From the NCBI RefSeq assembly GCF_033153115.1, contig NW_026889779.1, positions 9,920,001-9,984,000 on the forward strand: a stretch of 64,000 nucleotides of DNA, given 5' to 3'. The notes beneath the pieces were generated by a model, which had not been told where the DNA came from, made no database searches, and worked only from the letters and a program-made list of their open reading frames with translations. This document shows, in pieces, positions 42,228 through 52,711 of the stretch (position 1 is its first letter; every line of letters starts with the position of its first letter). A program made the translations under genes and the position numbers. The stretch comes from Saccostrea echinata. Its lineage: Eukaryota.

Positions 42228-44102
42228 TATGGAATGCCAAATTAACATATATTCAAATATTTGAACCTATCTTCAATTAATTATACCTATCTTCAAATCA
42301 ATTGTACCTATCTTCAAATCAATTGTACCTATCTCCAAATGAATTAAAGATAGGCTTAATTCAATTATACCTATCTTTAATTGAATTGAAGATAGGTACA
42401 ATTGATTTGAAGATAGGTACAATTGATTTGAAGATAGGTGCAAATGCCATGAATTTAAGATAGGTATAATTGATTTAAAGATAGGTGCAATTGAATTGAA
42501 CCTATCTTTAAATATAAAGATACTGACAATAACAACTACGAGGGTTGTCCAAAAAGTTCGTGGACAATGGCGTTTTTGTCAAAATGAATGGTTCAAGATA
42601 TGCTTATTGTATACCAAAATACTAGTTATGAAAATCCAAGTCGGAATAGTTTGGTTTTTATCGTTTGAACTTAATATTTCTGTAAAAATCTCGGTCATTA
42701 AAGGTCGCCGATAGTGCGCACGGACCAGGGTTAAAATGCCATGAACTTTTAAATAAAATGATCTGATTGAAATGATTATATTCTTTTTAAAACGAGTCAA
42801 AACTGAATAAAAATTTAATATATCACAAATGAAGCGGTTATCGCCATTTTTTGATACCTTTTGATCGCTTACTAAATAGACAATGAAAATATTAAGTGAA
42901 AACAGCAAGAAGTATGTTTCAAAAATTGACAGAAAAAGCGACGTAGGCCATCCGAACGGGACAGCGTCCAATCATACAATTATAGTTAATATGGTTGAAA
43001 CGTCGTCAAAAACAAAATATTTATTCAAACAACTTAAATTTATTGGAAAATATTTAGTCTAGTGATTTGTAATTGGTGTATACGATTTTTCAACGGTGTG
43101 TAAAATTTCGGAGACTCTACAAGAAATGGAAAACCATTGTTATTTGATAAAATAGGATATATTCCTATTCATGACGTTGTTATAAATATAGCGCCGTCGG
43201 CTGGGCTGTGCATCCTGTGTTTACGAAGTGTTAATATAGATGACGCTCGTAAATTATTGTGTATTGTTTTGAATTTTAAAACTTAAATTAATTATAATCT
43301 ATACATAAATATTATTGCACACATTTGGCAATGTGGCATAATAAAGAAAAATAGCGTGCGTCTATGAACATGCGATAAAAAATCAAAATTCATATTTCTG
43401 ATGTTATCATGAAATAAGCGTTACGTCAGTCTGGCCCGTGCGACTTGCATATACAAAGTATTTACACCTATAAAAGGCTATAATGTTCAGTAAATAGTGT
43501 GCATTGTTTTAATTTTTTGTACATTTACTCAATCATGGTCTATATTAAGATATTATCGTACATGTTTGCCATTGCGGACTTTATAAAGAAAATTAAGCAT
43601 TTGTCCACGAACTTTTTGGACAACCCTCGTACTCCCCATAAAAATGTACTGTGCATTTCCCTCCATGTTCAAGTCGCTGTTAGAGGGAGCTTTCATGATC
43701 ATTATTTTCAATAACACAAAACGAATTGAACCTAGGTATAATTGAATTGTACCTATCTTCAAATCGTTTGTGGATATGTTACAATTGAACCTATCTTCAA
43801 ATCAATTGTACCTATCTTTAAATCAATTGTACCTATCTTCAAATGAATTGAAGATAGGTATAATTCAATTGAACCTATCTCTAATTGAATTGAAGATAGG
43901 TGTAATTCCATTAAAGATAGGTGTAATTTATTTGAACCTAGGTTTAATTATTTAGAGATAGGTATGATTATTTACACCTATCTTTAATTCAATTGTACCT
44001 ATCTTCAATTCATTTGGAGATAGATTCAATTATTTGAAGATAGGTACAATTATTTGAAGATAGGTTCAAATATTTGAATATATGTTAATTTGGCATTCCA
44101 TA
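42228..44102. mobile_element. non-autonomous IS3EU-like DNA transposon (~0.78 kb net of nested MITE)
   Basis: Perfect 49-bp TIR TATGGAATGCCAAATTAACATATATTCAAATATTTGAACCTATCTTCAA. 6-bp TSD AAGGAC (42222-42227, 44103-44108). Many ~21-bp ACCTATCTTCAAATCAATTGT subterminal repeats in both orientations. TAY...RTA ends with a 6-bp TSD fit IS3EU. Confidence 0.85.
42539..43629. mobile_element. non-autonomous Tc1/mariner element (1091 bp) nested in the IS3EU-like element
   Basis: Perfect 29-bp TIR CGAGGGTTGTCCAAAAAGTTCGTGGACAA. TA at 42537-42538 and 43630-43631. No transposase ORF. Confidence 0.92.
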
Positions 44103-44663
44103 AAGGACAACCTGTTGTACTCTGTTGCTGAGAAAAGCAGAGATCCACCTCCAGGTGTTGCCACGTATCCCATAATTATCCAACTTCCTCAGCAACTTCT
44201 GGTGAGGCACCTTGTCAAATGCCTTTGAGAAATCCAGAATGATCAGATCAGTTTGAGTGCTTGAATGTAAATTTTTCAGTAATTCATGGCTAAGAGTAAG
44301 TAGCTGAGTTTCGCAACTTCTCTTAGCTCTAAATCCATGTTGGCAGTCTACTAAAATATCATGTTGGTCTAAATGGTTCAAGACGTTGCTGACAACTATT
44401 TGTTCTAACAGTTTACAACAAATACATGTTAATGAAACAGGTCTGTAACTACTTGCCAAATATTTTTCCCCTTTTTTGAATATAGGAATAACATTAGCTT
44501 GACGCCAGTCTGCAGGTACTTCCCCTTGTGCCAGTAAAATGTTAAAAATGTGTGCAAGGTGTGGAGCAAATTTAGATGCGTATTGTTTCAGATTGCGAGC
44601 TGCATGGTATTTCATCTGGCCCTGTCGCTTTACTAGGATCTAAGTTATCTTGTAATTTTTGTG

Positions 44664-46499
44664 GGCAATCAGAAGTTAGAAGGTTATTCCCTATTCCCTA
44701 TTGACTATTCGAATGGCGAACCGGATGCTGCTACCGGTTCCCTATTCAAATTACCGTAAGTGTCCTAATAATTTTTTTTTCAAAATACTTGAATAACTCA
44801 TTATAATACATGTTAAAAATGCAAATCAAAGACATCACTTAAAAAGGAAGAATGAGGACCCCAAACCAATGTAGCTAGCCTGACCAAAATGATGACAATG
44901 GATAGAAAAGGTAAACCTTGAACCAGGAGCTGGTTAACACCCTGGATCCCATATTTAGACCTTCATCGTTTTACAGGGGAGGGGTCTGGGAGGGACCCCT
45001 TGACTGTCAAAAGGAATTGAGTTTACAAGAGCGGTAACCCATTTAGCTAGCCCGGTCAAAATTGGAAAAATCCCGTATAATACAGTTATAAGAGTCCATA
45101 GTTCTAGGGGCTGGCTAACACCCTGGATCCCATATTTTGACCTTCATCTTTTTACAGGGGAGGGGTCTGGGAGGGACCCATTGACTGTCAAAAGGAATTG
45201 AGTTTACAAGAGCGGTAACCCATTTAGCTAGCCCGGTCAAAATTGGAAAAATCCCGTATAATACAGTTATAAGAGTCCATAGTTCTAGGGGCTGGCTAAC
45301 ACCCTGGATCCCATATTTTGACCTTCATCTTTTTACAGGGGAAGGGTCTGGGAGGGACCCCTTGACTGTCAAAAGGAATTGAGTTTACAAGAGCGGTAAC
45401 CCATTTAGCTAGCCCGGTCAAAATTGGAAAAATCCCGTATAATACAGTTATAAGAGTCCATAGTTCTAGGGGCTGGCTAACACCCTGGATCCCATATTTT
45501 GACCTTCATCTTTTTACAGGGGAAGGGTCTGGGAGGGACCCCTTGACTGTCAAAAGGAATTGAGTTTACAAGAGCGGTAACCCATTTAGCTAGCCCGGTC
45601 AAAATTGGAAAAATCCCGTATAATACAGTTATAAGAGTCCATAGTTCTAGGGGCTGGCTAACACCCTGGATCCCATATTTTGACCTTCATCTTTTTACAG
45701 GGGAAGGGTCTGGGAGGGACCCCTTGACTGTCAAAAGGAATTGAGTGGGCTAGCTAAATGGGTTACCGCTCTTGTAAACTCAATTCCTTTTGACAGTCAA
45801 TGGGTCCCTCCCAGACCCCTCCCCTGTAAAAAGATGAAGGTCAAAATATGGGATCCAGGGTGTTACCCAGCCCCTAGAACTATGGACTCTTATAACTGTA
45901 TTATACGGGATTTTTTCCAATTTGACCGGGCTAGCTAAATGGGTTACCGCTCTTGTAAACTCAATTTCTTTTGACAGTCAAGGGGTCCCTCCCAGATCCC
46001 TCCCCTGTAAAAAGATGAAGGTCAAAATATGGGATCCAGGGTGTTAGCCAGCCCCTAGAACTATGGACTCTTATAACTGTATTATACGGGATTTTTTCCA
46101 ATTTGACCGGGCTAGCTAAATAGGTTACCGCTCTTGTAAACTCAATTCCTTTTGACAGTCAAGGGGTCCCTCCCAGACCCCTCCCCTGTAAAAAGATGAA
46201 GGTCAAAATATGGGATCCAGGGTGTTAACCAGCTCCTGGTTCAAGGTTTACCTTTTCTATCCATTGTCATCATTTTGGTCAGGCTAGCTACATTGGTTTG
46301 GGGTCCTCATTCTTCCTTTTTAAGTGATGTCTTTGATTTGCATCTTTAACATGTATTATAATGAGTTATTCAAGTATTTTGAAAAAAAAAATTATTAGGA
46401 CACTTACGGTAATTTGAATAGGGAACCGGTAGCAGCATCCGGTTCGCCATTCGAATAGTCAATAGGGAATAGGGAATAACCTTCTAACTTCTGATTGCC
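44664..46499. mobile_element. Mutator-like foldback element (1836 bp), entirely palindromic, with 181-bp tandem repeats in both arms
   Basis: Ends GGCAATCAGAAG...CTTCTGATTGCC. Perfect 9-bp TSD ATTTTTGTG (44655-44663, 46500-46508). ~270-bp near-identical outer TIRs. Arms abut at 45746/45747. Confidence 0.9.
44935..46228. repeat. 181-bp satellite array, ~4.5 copies forward then ~2.7 copies inverted
   Basis: CCCTGGATCCCATATTT starts at 44940, 45121, 45302, 45483 and 45664 (period 181). Reverse-complement copies span 45747-46228. Confidence 0.95.
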
Positions 46500-47180
46500 A
46501 TTTTTGTGTGCCATTTTGTGTATCGTTGATAACGTAAAATACATCCACTCATCTCTGATTAAAAGACCAATGTGTTTCTGTAAGTATTCTGCCATATAAC
46601 TTGTCTTTGTTTCCGACTGCATTTTATGGACTTTGTTGGATATTCTAGTATTTTAGGTTTTAGATACCCTTTTGTGCTATTTACGCAAATACTAGGATTT
46701 TGATAACGTATATTACACAAAAGCGACAAAGTTATTTCATATTTTTTAAAAATTTCACTTTAGACAAATATCTTAAGTGTGAAAATTCAATATACTAGTA
46801 TTCATGCATTGTAATATGCATTGTTATATGTAAAAGCTGTAACTTTTAGCATGAAATATAATTGCTGTGTTTTATTCAATGGTCCAAACTTTGCCTTTTG
46901 CCTAAGCGACAGATCGAAAAGCCATTTATTAGACTATATACTTGGACCCCAAAGAGGTTTTAACCCGTGTATTAACACTTAACATGTTGGTTGGGTAAAT
47001 ATAGACGTATCAAAAACAAAATACTACAAAATTTACCAATTACTTTAATAACAATGTAATTTAATTTGCTTGCGACATCCAAGTAGCGAGTATGGACGGA
47101 TTATGATAAGTAAATAATGTCTGCATGATGACCTTAAGCTTAATTATTATTTTTTGTCAAGTAAGGTAATCGCGATCTTT

Positions 47181-47316
47181 NNNNNNNNNNNNNNNNNNNN
47201 NNNNNNNNNNNNNNNNNNNNNNNNNNNNNNNNNNNNNNNNNNNNNNNNNNNNNNNNNNNNNNNNNNNNNNNNNNNNNNNNNNNNNNNNNNNNNNNNNNNN
47301 NNNNNNNNNNNNNNNN
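47181..47316. other. assembly gap (136 N)
   Basis: Run of N. Confidence 0.99.
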
Positions 47317-48027
47317 AAATCCTGTCCCACTCGTGAAATAAATTCCATTTCCAAAAAAAAAAAAAAAAAAAAAAAAAGGAATATCCTTTATCTATCTGTC
47401 ACCTGAGCATCGACATCTATGCATCTTACTCCAAGATGAAGAATTTCCCGCCACTGGTTGTTAAATCTTCACGAAAAATTCGGTGCAGCCTATATGATTT
47501 GACATCTCCGTATTATATTCCAAAAAATATCGTTGTCCCTTTTTTCAAAACAAATATTGCATGTATATTCTGATGGATAAGTTATAGCCTGTCTGGTCTA
47601 AAAAAAATTTGGACGAACTCAATAAAAGCACAATTTACAAAAGTGATGCTGATCAACTTTTTGGTATCAAGTCTAAAATTTCTAAAAGAAGAGACACAGA
47701 AACATGGAAAATATTCAGGATGAAATAAAGTAAAAGAAAATCAAAGAAACTTTCAGACTATAGAATGTTTGCAATATAATTATTAAACAAACTATCTCCC
47801 ATAATTCAGGGGAGTCATTTGACATAGGGAAGGCGAAATGAATCGAAAGGGCGGGGGGGGGTGTCTAACTAACCTGTTTTGACTTAAATAATGATAAGAT
47901 TTTCGCCAAAATCTTTATATTTTTTGGTCATAAGCCTAAAAGCACCACTTCTCGGTTTATAAAGCGTAAACTGCCCCAACCCAGGTTATACAGTATAACT
48001 TAGACTGCTATTAAATTCATTCCTTAA

Positions 48028-48355
48028 GGTCAGACGACACGTTCCTCAAATATCTGTTCTTGCATTCCTTTGTAATATACCAAAAATATTTATAATTACC
48101 ATTATATTTTGATTTATGAACTATTTTCAAAATGTTTGAAAAATATATATACCAAAAATCGTGATATCACCAGTTCAAGTGATCTCTATAGGATAGGATT
48201 ATATAGGAAACACCATCCTCCGGAATCTTTGCACAAATGCCTGGTATAATGTACAGGGTCTCAATTTTTTGTGAGGAAACTTGTTAAAGTAGCAATATTT
48301 CAATCACAAAATCTTTGGAAAAGTTATATATTTCTGAGGAACGTGTCGTCTGACC
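48028..48355. mobile_element. Kolobok-like MITE (328 bp)
   Basis: Perfect 21-bp TIR GGTCAGACGACACGTTCCTCA. TTAA at 48024-48027 and 48356-48359. Confidence 0.88.
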
Positions 48356-48572
48356 TTAAGTAGGCTGTCTGAAATTAATTCTACGTTTTACCTCACCTGA
48401 AAGTTCAAAAACCTACGAGGAATGGGAAAAAAAATCAAGCAAATAAAAATTTCAAACACAGTTCATGAATAAGAAAGAGAATATTAATCAGAGTTATACG
48501 TATAAACTTACTGTTTCAATTTATTTATTTTTTTATATATATTAAATTATTAAATCGGACACTTCAAAAGAG

Positions 48573-48730
48573 ACTCGACAGGCACACATCATTGAATAAA
48601 CTTTGAATCAACGTTGATTATATATGTTGATTCAACGTTCAGTTTATGTAAGATTGTGAAAATTTGGTTCAACGTTGAAATCTTAACGTTGATTCAATGT
48701 TGAAAATCAATGTTGGTTAGACATTGAATA
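48573..48730. mobile_element. terminal fragment of a DNA transposon with AACGTTGA subterminal repeats
   Basis: Cluster of TCAACGTTGA/ATGTTGA motifs after GGCACAC. No second end or TSD found. Confidence 0.5.
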
Positions 48731-49039
48731 ATTTTTTTTTTGGGGGGGGGGTCATTACTTATTCAAAAATTTAACTGTATATCAACTAAGATGCCTTCAT
48801 AATTATATAAATGAAAACATACAGTATATTGTAAACATTTAATCAACTTCCTATCAATAGAACAGTTACAATAAACAATGAATAAATTTCACAAAAATGC
48901 ATTTTATAAATTAATCATGGTGCAAAACCCGAACATTTTACAAAAGTTTTGTATTCTTACATGTGGACGAGAAATAGTCCAATTCATGAAAACATTCAAA
49001 GACAAAATAAACATTTCTTTTAAAAATATACATTTGTAA

Positions 49040-49185
49040 TGTGAGGACACGGACGCTTTAAAAATCGAGAACGGGTTGTCTAATGTTTTGTTGTGAATTA
49101 CTTTACGTACGCGTTACTTTGGAAGCTTACAGGACACTCTTTGACAATAATAATGTATCTTTGTGGTTATTGTCAAAAATAGACG
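49040..49185 (+). promoter_or_regulatory. candidate promoter / first non-coding exon of the plus-strand gene
   Basis: CpG-retaining patch ending ACG|GTATGT. Downstream sequence becomes T-rich and CpG-poor, like a plus-strand intron. Inference only. Confidence 0.25.
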
Positions 49186-49539
49186 GTATGTTGTAATCTG
49201 ATGGATTTGTTTTGATCTGTTATGTAAAGCCCGATGTCATTCAATTTTTTATACTTACAAGGTCGGATTTTTTCGTGTGGACCTAAGTGTAAAAAAGGAA
49301 TCTTCGACAGGTCTAACGTACTGCACATATGTGTCCACTTGTATTTCCTGGGTAATGTTTGTAAGCTATTGCGTCCCAGGAAGAAAATACTTTGTATAGA
49401 GGAAAATAATACTCGTTAAAAGTCTTTTTTATCATAAGCATTTTTTATTTTTTTTTTCTTTCTAGCAACACAACCCCTGTCCTACTTTTAGTTTAGTTTC
49501 TGTTTCAGTCATAAGTCATTAAGTCGTATGAATTAGAAG

Positions 49540-51803
49540 CAGGGTTGGCCTGGAATTACCAGTGGTAAATACCAGTATTTCATGTCCAGGTAAATACTAC
49601 AAAATTTCTCTAAACTTGGAAATGTTGGGAAATACAATGTTAAAGTGATTTTTTTTTATTTCTTTAATTCACTCAATCTTGTGCAAAATTCAGAAATAAA
49701 ATAAACAGAAAAACAGAAGATGAATAATACTGAATATGTCTCAAACTGCAATTTAATATATTCAGAGTGTATCACTACTCCAGGTCCCTTGTTTCCCTGG
49801 CTGTTTATTAAGAAAAAATTCGAAGTTTAATTCAAGTTTGTTTTCAGTTCTGAAAAATTATCAAGTTTGTTAATTATAAATCCAAGAACAAAATAAACTT
49901 GTTTTAATCCTTCATTCAATTGTGTAGTTATTACAGTCAATCATGTTGTTTTAACAGATTGCTCTGGACAGTTTGTGCTCCTGTTTTGAGAGGTTTACTT
50001 CGAGTAGAACTGAAAGGCCTCTTCTTTTTTAACGATTTTCTTGGATCCTTCTTTAGTTGCATAAAAAACCCAATTGAATCTTTGGGTTCAATTCATGGAC
50101 CTTTATAGACTACATCTGACTCGATGTCTGCTTTTCCGCAAATAGAAAGAATGTTCTATCATTAAAATGTCCTACGAACCCAGTTTTACGATAGAATGTA
50201 TTCTGTGTATTGGCAATGTAGCAAAGCAAACATGGGCGATAACTCTCAGTGCATTTACTTGAAAAATCCAAAAGAGTTCTGAATGCCAATATGGCATGTA
50301 AATTTGAAGCGAATAAAAAAAACATTGAGAAAAGTGTTGAATTCTTCCATTATGTGGATTAAATTTTTAGGTGAAATGTATCCACAGCCTTAGAAAGGTT
50401 TGTTACAGTAACAGTTATGATTAATTTGATGGTTATTTTCAATGCAACAGGGTTTTAAACTAACTTGTAATCCTTGATAGCTATGTGGGCTACTGAACCT
50501 TGCAATTCCACATCAAAATTTATTTGCCCACAGATTATCACACCTTTTATTGAATATAAAAACAACAACCCCATTTATCGTTTTTTTTATCATATGCTTC
50601 GTGTTTCTTTTCTATCTTGACCCGTCAATGCCACATTTTGCCCGACACAATCACTTAGACGCTTTATGTATAAGTACTTCTTACGGTTAATGATAAAGCA
50701 CTTTACTGATTAGGAAATTTTTCAAGAGAAAAATACAAAACATTAGGACAAAATTGAAAAACAAATATTTATTATTGTAAATTTTCTAATCGCCATGTGG
50801 GCAACTTGAACGTAATTTTAAGTCGCCCACATGGAACATTAGTCGCAAATTGCGAGTGGGCGACTGTTAATTTCAAACCCTGTGCAAATTCATTGAGTTT
50901 CTCCAAAATTGTTTGGAAGCGATTCTGCAATTTTCTGCCACATTGCGGGTATATGGGAGGCATTCTAACTGTGATGAGGGCTTGTCTTGAGACACAGATT
51001 ATTCTAACTATTCCGAAACTACTCCCTACTGCTTTTCTGCGATTGGTTTTTACTATATGTTATGTGTTATCTCCTCTATGATACGTCCTTTTCAGGATTT
51101 TTAAATGGTCATGGTTAGCAATTAACATCAAACGATTGCCGATATTTACCTGTTTTTACCTGCATTTCCCACAGAGCATTCTACTCGGTAGTGAGTACTA
51201 AATCACATTGTGATAAAAAATTGAATGAATCTCACATTTTACACTTAAATTTGGAGCTTGCACTAGATGAGAAAATGTGCATATTTGTTCTGTCGACTTT
51301 GGAAAATCTAGATCAGTGCTTGTTTTCAATCTTTGTTTTATTCAGTGCGATTGTTTTTAAATCAATTTTCTTATTTTGTGTTTTACAAGACTTATTTTGC
51401 TTAAAATCCACCTTCCATGTCCCCGCAGTAAGCAAGGGGGCAACAACTTTTACCTGGCTAACAGAAGAGGCAGGGAAAAAAAGTTGAGGAAAAGCAAAAA
51501 AAAGAAAAGCTGTGTCAAATCGCGTAAAAGGGAAACTGCGCATGACTGATATATGATTAAACATTTTATGATTATATAAAATGAATTACTTGGAAACCAG
51601 AAACTTTTAAATCATTGACAGTGATACCAGGTAGATATCTTAACCAATAAGGTGTACTACATGTCTATACCCGGACAAATATTAAAATTATGAAATATGT
51701 AGCTATTTCTTATTTCCCAGGAAATACCAGTAATTCCCGGGAATTACCAGTATTTCCCACTGTCCTGGGAAATATGAGTATTTCCTGGTTTTTTGCAACC
51801 CTG
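49540..51803. mobile_element. non-autonomous hAT element (2264 bp including nested MITE)
   Basis: CAGGGTTG...CAACCCTG ends. Perfect 8-bp TSD ATTAGAAG (49532-49539, 51804-51811). Subterminal TACCAGT/GGGAAAT repeats at both ends. Confidence 0.9.
50448..50882. mobile_element. CAGGG-ended MITE with 5-bp TSD (hAT5-like), nested in the hAT element
   Basis: TIR CAGGGTTTTAAACTAAC / GTTAATTTCAAACCCTG (15/17). TGCAA at 50443-50447 and 50883-50887. Confidence 0.8.
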
Positions 51804-51963
51804 ATTAGAAGCATCTCCATGATTTATCTATGCTTTACGTGTTTTTCAAGTTTTTATTCAAAGGCTTGGATTTTAGATGGGGAATCTTTTATTTTCTTAG
51901 AAAGCTTCAGGGTTATCCATTAAGAGAATTTCAGTCAGTTTTGCCATTTCTTTTCTGTATGTT

Positions 51964-52311
51964 TGTCGCTATCAGACATGTTTAATCACTGGTGGCCAGA
52001 TAGCTCAGTTGGTAGATCACCTGACTAGAGATTCAGGGTGCCCAGTTTTGAATCCTGGTCTGGTCCATCATATTCTTCTCCTCTCTTGTTATATTTGGTG
52101 CCATGCCATGTCCTTGAAGTGTCAGGTGAAAGACCTACTAGGGAGGAGCCTGGATTGGCATCTTAGGGGCTAGGAATGTGGCGGTCAGACAGGTTCGATC
52201 ACCAGTGGCTAGATAGCTCAATTGGTAGAACACCTGACTGGAGATTCAGAGGGGGAGGTGTGTGTTTGAATGCAGGTCTGGCCTGTCTCATTTTTCTCCT
52301 CTCCTGTTACA
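51964..52311 (+). mobile_element. TRIM (miniature LTR retrotransposon) with tRNA-derived LTRs, Helenus/biv-TRIM-like
   Basis: LTR1 51964-52093 (TGT...GTTATA) and LTR2 52177-52311 (TGT...GTTACA) align end to end. PBS TGGTGCCATGCC at 52096. Purine-rich AGGGGCTAGGAA before LTR2. 4-bp TSD TGTT (51960-51963, 52312-52315). Each LTR holds a tRNA-like A box and decayed B box. Confidence 0.88.
51994..52066 (+). pseudogene. tRNA-like cloverleaf inside LTR1 (not a functional tRNA gene)
   Basis: Acceptor stem GGCCAGA/TCTGGTC, A box TAGCTCAGTTGG, anticodon stem CCTGA/TCAGG with an 8-nt loop CTAGAGAT, decayed T arm CCAGT-TTTGAAT-CCTGG. Confidence 0.8.
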
Positions 52312-52711
52312 TGTTCATAAATACATGTGGCAGTATTCACTGACATTAGGGCAACATTTCATATGATACTATTCAATTATTTTTTCTTCTTTAAAACTAT
52401 TTTAAGTAGGAAAAAATTCCATCAGAAATTAACCTCATACTCTTCCTTATAGGATTTTTTTTTTTTATAAGCAAGAAAAAAATGTTGTGTGCTGTTTCGT
52501 GCTTTATCTGACAGTTTCAGAGAATGAGATCCATTGCAACTTCTCAAGTCTTTCCAACAAGCTTGGAAAAAACCTTAAATTTGTTAACATCACCAGATGT
52601 AAAAATTTTATAGAAAATGGAGTTGCTTCTTATCATTCTAAGTAGTAAGTATTAGCTAAATAGAGTTGATTGCCTTGTCTGAAGTATTTTTATGGTTAGA
52701 TCATTGTATTC

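Larger units (their letters stand above)
41597..46535 (-). pseudogene. fragmented LINE (CR1/L2/Jockey-type) reverse transcriptase, split by three insertions
   Basis: Pieces on the minus strand: ~46535-46500 (TQNGTQK), 44663-44103 (LDPSKATGPDEIP, frameshift, ...WRQANVIPIFKKG...YRPVSLT...QHGFR...LDFSKAFDKVPH...RVQQVVL), 42227-41972 ([32 protein letters not shown]...KYNYNL), 41634-41597 (KGHTLESIKT). Motifs are collinear once inserts and one TSD copy are removed. Confidence 0.93.

Noticed and set aside
42260-44060. 21-bp repeats as a CRISPR array or a leucine-repeat protein (ORF 43770-43955)
   Set aside because: They are subterminal repeats of a TIR element in mixed orientation. The heptad-like peptide is a translation artefact.
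44085-44615. Intact RT gene, or a retron/DGR-type RT system
   Set aside because: The motifs are those of a eukaryotic LINE. The copy is frameshifted, interrupted and lacks the catalytic motif, and its ORF end (YGMPN) is transposon TIR sequence.
44935-46228. CRISPR-like or coding interpretation of the regular array
   Set aside because: Whole 181-bp units repeat with no unique spacers and no cas genes. The 65-aa and 72-aa ORFs are incidental to the repeat.
36424-47354. ORFs containing runs of X
   Set aside because: Artefacts of translating through N gaps.
51994-52285. Two functional tRNA genes or a dimeric SINE
   Set aside because: The 8-nt anticodon loop and decayed B boxes argue against tRNA genes, and the LTR/PBS/TSD architecture explains both copies.
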